Of a stretch of 40,709 nt of DNA, positions 36,432-40,709 are shown piece after piece (position 1 is the stretch's first letter; every line of letters starts with the position of its first letter). Source of the stretch: a virus. Lineage: Duplodnaviria; Caudoviricetes. The DNA lies in the IMG/VR virus record IMGVR_UViG_3300037043_000392, positions 1-40,709 of that record; one strand, 5' to 3'. Made by a program: the position numbers and the translations under genes. The notes beneath the pieces were generated by a model, which was given only the letters and a program-made list of their open reading frames with translations, was not told the origin of the DNA and did no database searches.

Positions 36432-36553
36432 TCGCAATCCTTAATGCTTTGAGCGGACCGTCCCTGGTGGTTATCGGGTTGTTGGTCGTGGTGACGCTGG
36501 TCGCCGAAATCTACGCCCAGGTGCGCGAAACGATCGATGATTTTAGACGCTGA
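36419..36553 (+). CDS. Small single-TM protein (44 aa)
   Basis: AAGGAG RBS; MQELIAIL...LVVIGLLVVVTLV. Confidence 0.5.
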   Translation: MQELIAILNALSGPSLVVIGLLVVVTLVAEIYAQVRETIDDFRR

Positions 36554-37112
36554 CCATGCGCTGAAAAATCCGTGCCGCGCGTGCGCTCTGGCCGGCGCCG
36601 ACAAGAACGGCCCCGCGTGCCTGCACTGCGGACTGCGCCTTGATTACGTTCGCGCCCTCGGCGGGCATTTCCCCAGCTCCGAGGCGGCGGGTCCCGCTTT
36701 GGTCGAGTCGGGGACGGCCTCGGCGCGGAAGCATGTTTCGCCGCTGAGGCCCATGACCAGGGGGATTTATACCGGCCGGGAGATCGGCTTTATCAGGCAA
36801 AACGCGCGGGCCATGACGGACGAGCAGCTGGCGCTGGCGATGGGACGGACCGCCGCTTCGATACAAAGGCAGCGCGTCGTCCACGGAATCAGACGCCATA
36901 AAGGAGGCAAGATGCCGTTCAAGATTTGCAAGCGTTGTGGAGCCAATAAGGAGCGGAGCGAGTTCTACGGCACCGACACGACGTGCAAACCCTGCCGCAA
37001 CAAGTACAATGCCGAGCGCCAGCGCCGGAAGCGGATGGCAGACGATCCGCCGCAGAGAGAGAGAGAGAGAGAGAATTCCGGATCCCGGTGGGCCGTCAGT
37101 TCCAGCTGCTGA
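36537..37112 (+). CDS. Cys-rich/HTH protein; contains an internal start at 36912 (zinc-finger gene interrupted by a GA tract)
   Basis: CRAC, CLHC, MTDEQLALAMGRT; AAGGAGG-N4-ATG at 36912, CKRC...CKPC. Confidence 0.6.
   Translation: MILDADHALKNPCRACALAGADKNGPACLHCGLRLDYVRALGGHFPSSEAAGPALVESGTASARKHVSPLRPMTRGIYTGREIGFIRQNARAMTDEQLALAMGRTAASIQRQRVVHGIRRHKGGKMPFKICKRCGANKERSEFYGTDTTCKPCRNKYNAERQRRKRMADDPPQRERERENSGSRWAVSSSC
37055..37074 (+). repeat. (GA)10 simple sequence repeat within coding sequence
   Basis: Read directly from the sequence. Confidence 0.95.
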
Positions 37113-37241
37113 TCCGGTTCGAATTTCAGGAGATATCGAATCGAAAATCGTCATCACCATCGACTGCGCCGGGATTGTAGATGCTTTGATCATCAAGGCC
37201 CTGCGCGAACTCATAGCCACCAACAACAAGGAGGTAGACCC

Positions 37242-37757
37242 ATGTCCAGATTGATCAGTCACCTGCGCGAGCACAAGGACGACCTGCTTTTCATTTTCGC
37301 CTGCCTGGCCGGCATCGTCGCCGCCACGCTGGCCGTGGGCGGCTGCCTATACCAGAAGCCGGCCGCGCCGATCTGCGCGAAGCCCGAGTACGCGGGATCG
37401 GTCATCTGCGCGATCGGGGAGCAGGTGGGTGTGGCCCCGGAGCAGATGGACGACATGCTGCTCGATGCCAGCCTGCTTACGGTCGCCACGAAGCGGGCCA
37501 AGGCGCAAGACATGAAAAAGGCCATCGCGAAGGTGCGCAAGTGGGTGGTCGATAAGGATGTCCTGACCATGCAGGGCATCCAGGCGTATCTCGCCGAGCA
37601 GGCCAAGGTGGATCCGGCGCTGGCCCTTCTACTGTCGCGACGGATGCCCATGTTCGCCAATCTGCCGGGCCTTAGCGACAAGGCCTTTTTGCCGATCGAC
37701 AAGCAGATGGTGATCTCCCAGCTCGACCACCAGGATGAGCAGTTCGAGTTTCTGTGA
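37242..37757 (+). CDS. Membrane-anchored / possible lipoprotein
   Basis: AAGGAGGT RBS; hydrophobic stretch ending LAVGGC. Confidence 0.7.
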   Translation: MSRLISHLREHKDDLLFIFACLAGIVAATLAVGGCLYQKPAAPICAKPEYAGSVICAIGEQVGVAPEQMDDMLLDASLLTVATKRAKAQDMKKAIAKVRKWVVDKDVLTMQGIQAYLAEQAKVDPALALLLSRRMPMFANLPGLSDKAFLPIDKQMVISQLDHQDEQFEFL

Positions 37758-37770
37758 GGTTTGCCGGCTG

Positions 37771-37853
37771 CGCTTTCCCCGCGCTGGGGTGTGGATTGAA
37801 ACGGGAATGGAGCTTCAAAGTAATCTCAGCCCGGCGTCTCACCCCGCGCGGGG
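37771..37853 (+). CRISPR. Single-spacer type I-C-like mini-array (degenerate repeat, 33-nt spacer, truncated repeat); no cas genes
   Basis: Repeat 1 CGCTTTCCCCGCGCTGGGGTGTGGATTGAAAC (37771-37802); spacer 37803-37835; repeat 2 GTCTCACCCCGCGCGGGG (37836-37853). Confidence 0.72.
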
Positions 37854-37862
37854 AACACGGAG

Positions 37863-38009
37863 GTGATCGATCAACGTTCTCCCGAGGACCGCGACAAGAT
37901 CGCACAGTGTCTCCGCAAGATCAGCGCGGCGGTAGAGGAGCATGGCGAGCTCGGAATCATCGCCCTGGCCCTGGCCGGGATCGTAACCCAACTTCAAAAC
38001 GGAGAGTGA
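37863..38009 (+). CDS. Possible 48-aa protein
   Basis: GTG-started frame IDQRSPEDRDKIAQCLRKISAAVEEHGELGIIALALAGIVTQLQNGE; start uncertain. Confidence 0.4.
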   Translation: MIDQRSPEDRDKIAQCLRKISAAVEEHGELGIIALALAGIVTQLQNGE

Positions 38010-38019
38010 CGGAGGCGAG

Positions 38020-38421
38020 ATGGCTGACGACCGGGACAAGATGAGCGACGAGCAGAAGCGTTTCCTGAAGGGCCGCCTGCTGGAGATCCTGATCGGCCAC
38101 GTCGGCAAGAGCCAGATCATCGGCATGGGCGAGCTCTACGAGTCCGTTTTCGGCGAGCCCTGGAACCACCGCATCAACGACACCCGCCGGTTGAGAAAGC
38201 TCATCGAGGAGCTGCGCCGCGACGGAAAGCAGATCTGCTCCGATCCCGCGCGGGTCGGCGGCGGCTATTACATTGCGAGCACCACCAGCGAGCTCGCCGA
38301 CTACTGCGGAAAGCTTCGCCACCGCGCCCTTAAAATTCTGTCGGTCGAGGCGCGGATCCGCAAGGTGAGCCTGCCCGAGCTCGTGGGCCAGCTGCGGCTC
38401 GACCTGGAGGCGATGGAATGA
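38020..38421 (+). CDS. Winged-helix protein
   Basis: GGAGG RBS; RRLRKLIEELRRDG..ICS....GGYY.A....E. Confidence 0.75.
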   Translation: MADDRDKMSDEQKRFLKGRLLEILIGHVGKSQIIGMGELYESVFGEPWNHRINDTRRLRKLIEELRRDGKQICSDPARVGGGYYIASTTSELADYCGKLRHRALKILSVEARIRKVSLPELVGQLRLDLEAME

Positions 38422-38882
38422 AAAAAGAAACCGACCCTGTGCGCAAACAGCTGAACAACTTGCTGGCCGAAATCGGCGCCAAGAAAAACGCGATCGCGGT
38501 AATGGGGAAGTGCCGGGCGGCCGCGATCGAGCGCGCGGCGGCGCAGTTCGACCCGGAGATCGCTCGCGCCGAGGAGGACCTGAAGGCGATCGAGGCCGAG
38601 CTGATCGGCATCGCCAGATATAATAAGGCGCAGCTGTTCACCGACACCGAGCGCGTTGATCTCAAGAACGGCGCGGTACTGCGGACGATCCAGAAGCGCG
38701 TGGTCAAAGTGAAGACCATGCTGGCGAGTCTGAAGGCCGCTGGCTTGCGGCACCTGATCAAGGTGGCCGAGGCGCCGGATTGGGATTCGATCGACCAGTT
38801 TACGGATTCTGAGTTGGAGAGCCTTGGCGCGCGGCGGAAAAAGAAGGAAATCTTCGCCTATGAGATCAAGGGGGCGCGATGA
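38418..38882 (+). CDS. gam: Gam-like host-nuclease inhibitor
   Basis: Coiled coil then NKAQLF...VDLKNG...L...GL..LIKV.E.PDW...LESLGARRKKKEIFAYE. Confidence 0.75.
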   Translation: MKKETDPVRKQLNNLLAEIGAKKNAIAVMGKCRAAAIERAAAQFDPEIARAEEDLKAIEAELIGIARYNKAQLFTDTERVDLKNGAVLRTIQKRVVKVKTMLASLKAAGLRHLIKVAEAPDWDSIDQFTDSELESLGARRKKKEIFAYEIKGAR

Positions 38883-39031
38883 GGACCCGCGACGGTCTTG
38901 GGTATGCCCGGCTTTTTTGGATGATAGTTTTCGGGGTCATCTTGTTGTTTGGAATTTTTCGTGTGCTCACCTACAACCCGGCGGTCGAGCCGAAATATGG
39001 AGGCATTTCATGGATTTCTGGATGGGCTTGA
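38879..39031 (+). CDS. Small single-TM protein (50 aa)
   Basis: ATGA coupling; LFWMIVFGVILLFGIF. Confidence 0.5.
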   Translation: MRTRDGLGYARLFWMIVFGVILLFGIFRVLTYNPAVEPKYGGISWISGWA

Positions 39032-39189
39032 TTGTCGGCCTTTTCATCGGCGCGACCTTGGGGGTCCTTGTGGTCGGCCTGCTGTTCGGATCGAAGCAGC
39101 GCTCAAGGATTGAGGATGTCTTCGAAAACGACATCGGCAGCAATGAATTCCTGCGATGGGTTATTGAGGAAAGGAGCCGCCCGCAATGA
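39010..39189 (+). CDS. Small single-TM protein (59 aa)
   Basis: GGAGG RBS; MDFWMGLIVGLFIGATLGVLVVGLL. Confidence 0.65.
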   Translation: MDFWMGLIVGLFIGATLGVLVVGLLFGSKQRSRIEDVFENDIGSNEFLRWVIEERSRPQ

Positions 39190-39773
39190 AGCAGCTCTTG
39201 ACCGAACGTGATTTCCGCGACGCCGCCCGCTTCCTCGGCTGCGAGGTGGCGGCCGTCAAGGCTGTGGCCGAAGTAGAGGCGCCCAGGGGCGGCTTTTGCC
39301 CGGACGGATTCCCAGTCACCCTCTTCGAAGGCCATATATTTTTCCGCTATACGAAGGGACGGTTCGCCGAGTCGCATCCGCGGCTGTGCTACCCAAAATG
39401 GACGACTGAATTCTATGGCCGATCGTGGGTGGCTGAGCGCGAGCGCCTCGATGCTGCGATTGCTCTCGACCGCCGGGCGGCGCTGATGTCCGCCAGCTGG
39501 GGACGGTTCCAGATCATGGGTTTCAATTTCCCGGTGGTTGGATGCGCTTCGGTCCAGCAGTTCGTAAACCGGATGTGTGAGAGTGAGCGCAGGCAGGGCG
39601 AGCTCTTTGTCCAGTACATCATCCATGAGGGCCTCGCCGATGAGCTGCGCGATCGGCGCTGGGACGATTTCGCGCGTTTTTACAACGGCCCGCTATATAA
39701 AAAGAACCGCTACGCCGAGCGCCTCGAAAAGGCTTATCGCAAGTTCTGCGAGTTGGAGGTGGTGAATCCATGA
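39186..39773 (+). CDS. N-acetylmuramidase (DUF3380-type) endolysin
   Basis: AVAEVE, LFEGHIF, SASWGRFQIMGFN, FARFYNGP.Y.KN.Y. Confidence 0.92.
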   Translation: MKQLLTERDFRDAARFLGCEVAAVKAVAEVEAPRGGFCPDGFPVTLFEGHIFFRYTKGRFAESHPRLCYPKWTTEFYGRSWVAERERLDAAIALDRRAALMSASWGRFQIMGFNFPVVGCASVQQFVNRMCESERRQGELFVQYIIHEGLADELRDRRWDDFARFYNGPLYKKNRYAERLEKAYRKFCELEVVNP

Positions 39774-40282
39774 AGCTGGTCTGCCCATCCTGTGGCGCCG
39801 CCTGCTCGGCTGACGCCTGGTCTAACGACGCCGAGGCACGCCAGGCGCTCCGGATCGTGGCGGAACTGCCTGAGTCTGTCAGCCGGCGGTCGCTTCCATA
39901 TTTGGCGCTGTTTAGGCCGCCGTCCGGGCGCGGCTTGAAATGGTCGACCGCCCTGCGCCACCTGGCCGAGCTCCAGGGCCTGGTTAAAGAGAGCCACATC
40001 CAGTGGGAGGGGCGCCCGTCCAGACCGAACGATTCGCGTTTCTGGGGGCAGGCGATGGACCGCCTGGTGGAGCAGCCGCCCAAAAAGCTCCCGTTGAAAT
40101 CCCACGGATACCTGCGGGCGATGGTCTACGACATCGCGGATGAGTCCGACCGCCAGGTCGAAAAAAAGCGCAATTCTACCGAGGCTTGTGGAGGCGCTGC
40201 TTTTCGAAAAATAGATCATGACAAATTCGAGCGGGTCGACGCCGACGCGATGCGCCGGATCCGTGAAGCGAAAGGGTTGTGA
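39770..40282 (+). CDS. Conserved Mu-like prophage protein
   Basis: MKLVCPSCGA...YLALFRP...LPLKSHGYL. Confidence 0.78.
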   Translation: MKLVCPSCGAACSADAWSNDAEARQALRIVAELPESVSRRSLPYLALFRPPSGRGLKWSTALRHLAELQGLVKESHIQWEGRPSRPNDSRFWGQAMDRLVEQPPKKLPLKSHGYLRAMVYDIADESDRQVEKKRNSTEACGGAAFRKIDHDKFERVDADAMRRIREAKGL

Positions 40283-40482
40283 CTATGCGCCAGGGTGGAT
40301 TGTTTGAAGTTGAATTTTATGCTGAGTTGAAGCGCGAAACAGAAAAGGCCTACTGTTTTTTTGACGGAGTCAATGACATCTGGATCCCGAAAAGCCAGGT
40401 GTTGAAGTTAAATAAGTTGAAGGGTGTTGATTGCGAGGTCGCTATACCAGAGTGGTTGGCCAAGGAAAAAGGTGTGATCTGA
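40279..40482 (+). CDS. Small phage protein
   Basis: ETEKAY...WIPKSQ...IPEWLAKEKG. Confidence 0.75.
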   Translation: MTMRQGGLFEVEFYAELKRETEKAYCFFDGVNDIWIPKSQVLKLNKLKGVDCEVAIPEWLAKEKGVI

Positions 40483-40709
40483 TGAATCCACGCGCTGCCG
40501 TCTGGAAGATTAGCCGCGAGGTCATGGAGGCCATGCTGCGCGCCTGGTTTAAGAAAACGCGCTGCCAGGACGATCCTGTTGATATCAGCCTGCTCGATGT
40601 TGGCCACGACGGTCGCAACGTCGTCGCCCTGGTGGAGTTGGTTGATGGAAAATTTGAGTCGGACGACCAGGTCAAAAAATTTATCGACCGGTTGGTGATA
40701 GGGTCATGA
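40482..40709 (+). CDS. Hypothetical protein (75 aa)
   Basis: TGATG coupling; stop at the window end. Confidence 0.6.
   Translation: MNPRAAVWKISREVMEAMLRAWFKKTRCQDDPVDISLLDVGHDGRNVVALVELVDGKFESDDQVKKFIDRLVIGS

Larger units (their letters stand above)
757..40709. mobile_element. Transposable Mu-like prophage with a long non-contractile tail; other end outside the window
   Basis: MuA DDE transposase, MuB ATPase, Ner, GemA, Gam, Mu-type terminase/portal/MuF/gpG/protease/gp36, and a TG end with repeated binding sites. Confidence 0.95.

Noticed and set aside
37803-37835. Spacer self-targeting the TTTCAAA...AATCTCA intergenic motif near 20180
   Set aside because: Only short, gapped, low-complexity similarity.
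31695-37853. CRISPR-associated transposon (RNA-guided transposition)
   Set aside because: No TniQ/TnsD or Cas effector is visible; the transposase and ATPase are ordinary MuA/MuB types.
37834-37859. Type I-E repeat on the minus strand (GTGTTCCCCGCGCGGGG)
   Set aside because: Partial single match; the plus-strand I-C reading explains both halves and the 33-nt spacing better.

Overview
Almost the whole window (757 to beyond 40709) is one transposable (Mu-like) prophage, inserted upstream of a host MFS transporter gene (1-543, minus strand, truncated). One phage end is visible: TGT at 757, preceded by the 5-bp target TTCAG and followed by repeated transposase-binding-like sites. The other end lies outside the window. 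The layout is divergent from a central immunity region, as in B3/BcepMu. Late genes run leftward: holin-like genes, terminase, portal, MuF, protease/scaffold, capsid, a non-contractile lambda-like tail and a distal fibre cassette. Early genes run rightward: Ner, MuA, MuB, GemA, Gam and an endolysin. The most notable observations are: (1) a Cas-less single-spacer type I-C-like mini-CRISPR unit at 37771-37853; (2) an antisense sigma70 promoter and a pseudoknot-capable ~75-nt RNA right after the MuF toxin-like nuclease domain, with no immunity ORF; (3) six of seven distal tail-cassette genes carry signal peptides; (4) a promoter/boxB-like hairpin/terminator leader before the late operon; (5) a covarying repeat-plus-hairpin module before four structural genes; (6) a (GA)10 tract that may phase-vary an early gene; (7) an apparently deleted/fused DGR-target-like gene. 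Family assignments come from motif recognition and synteny only; no database search was run.
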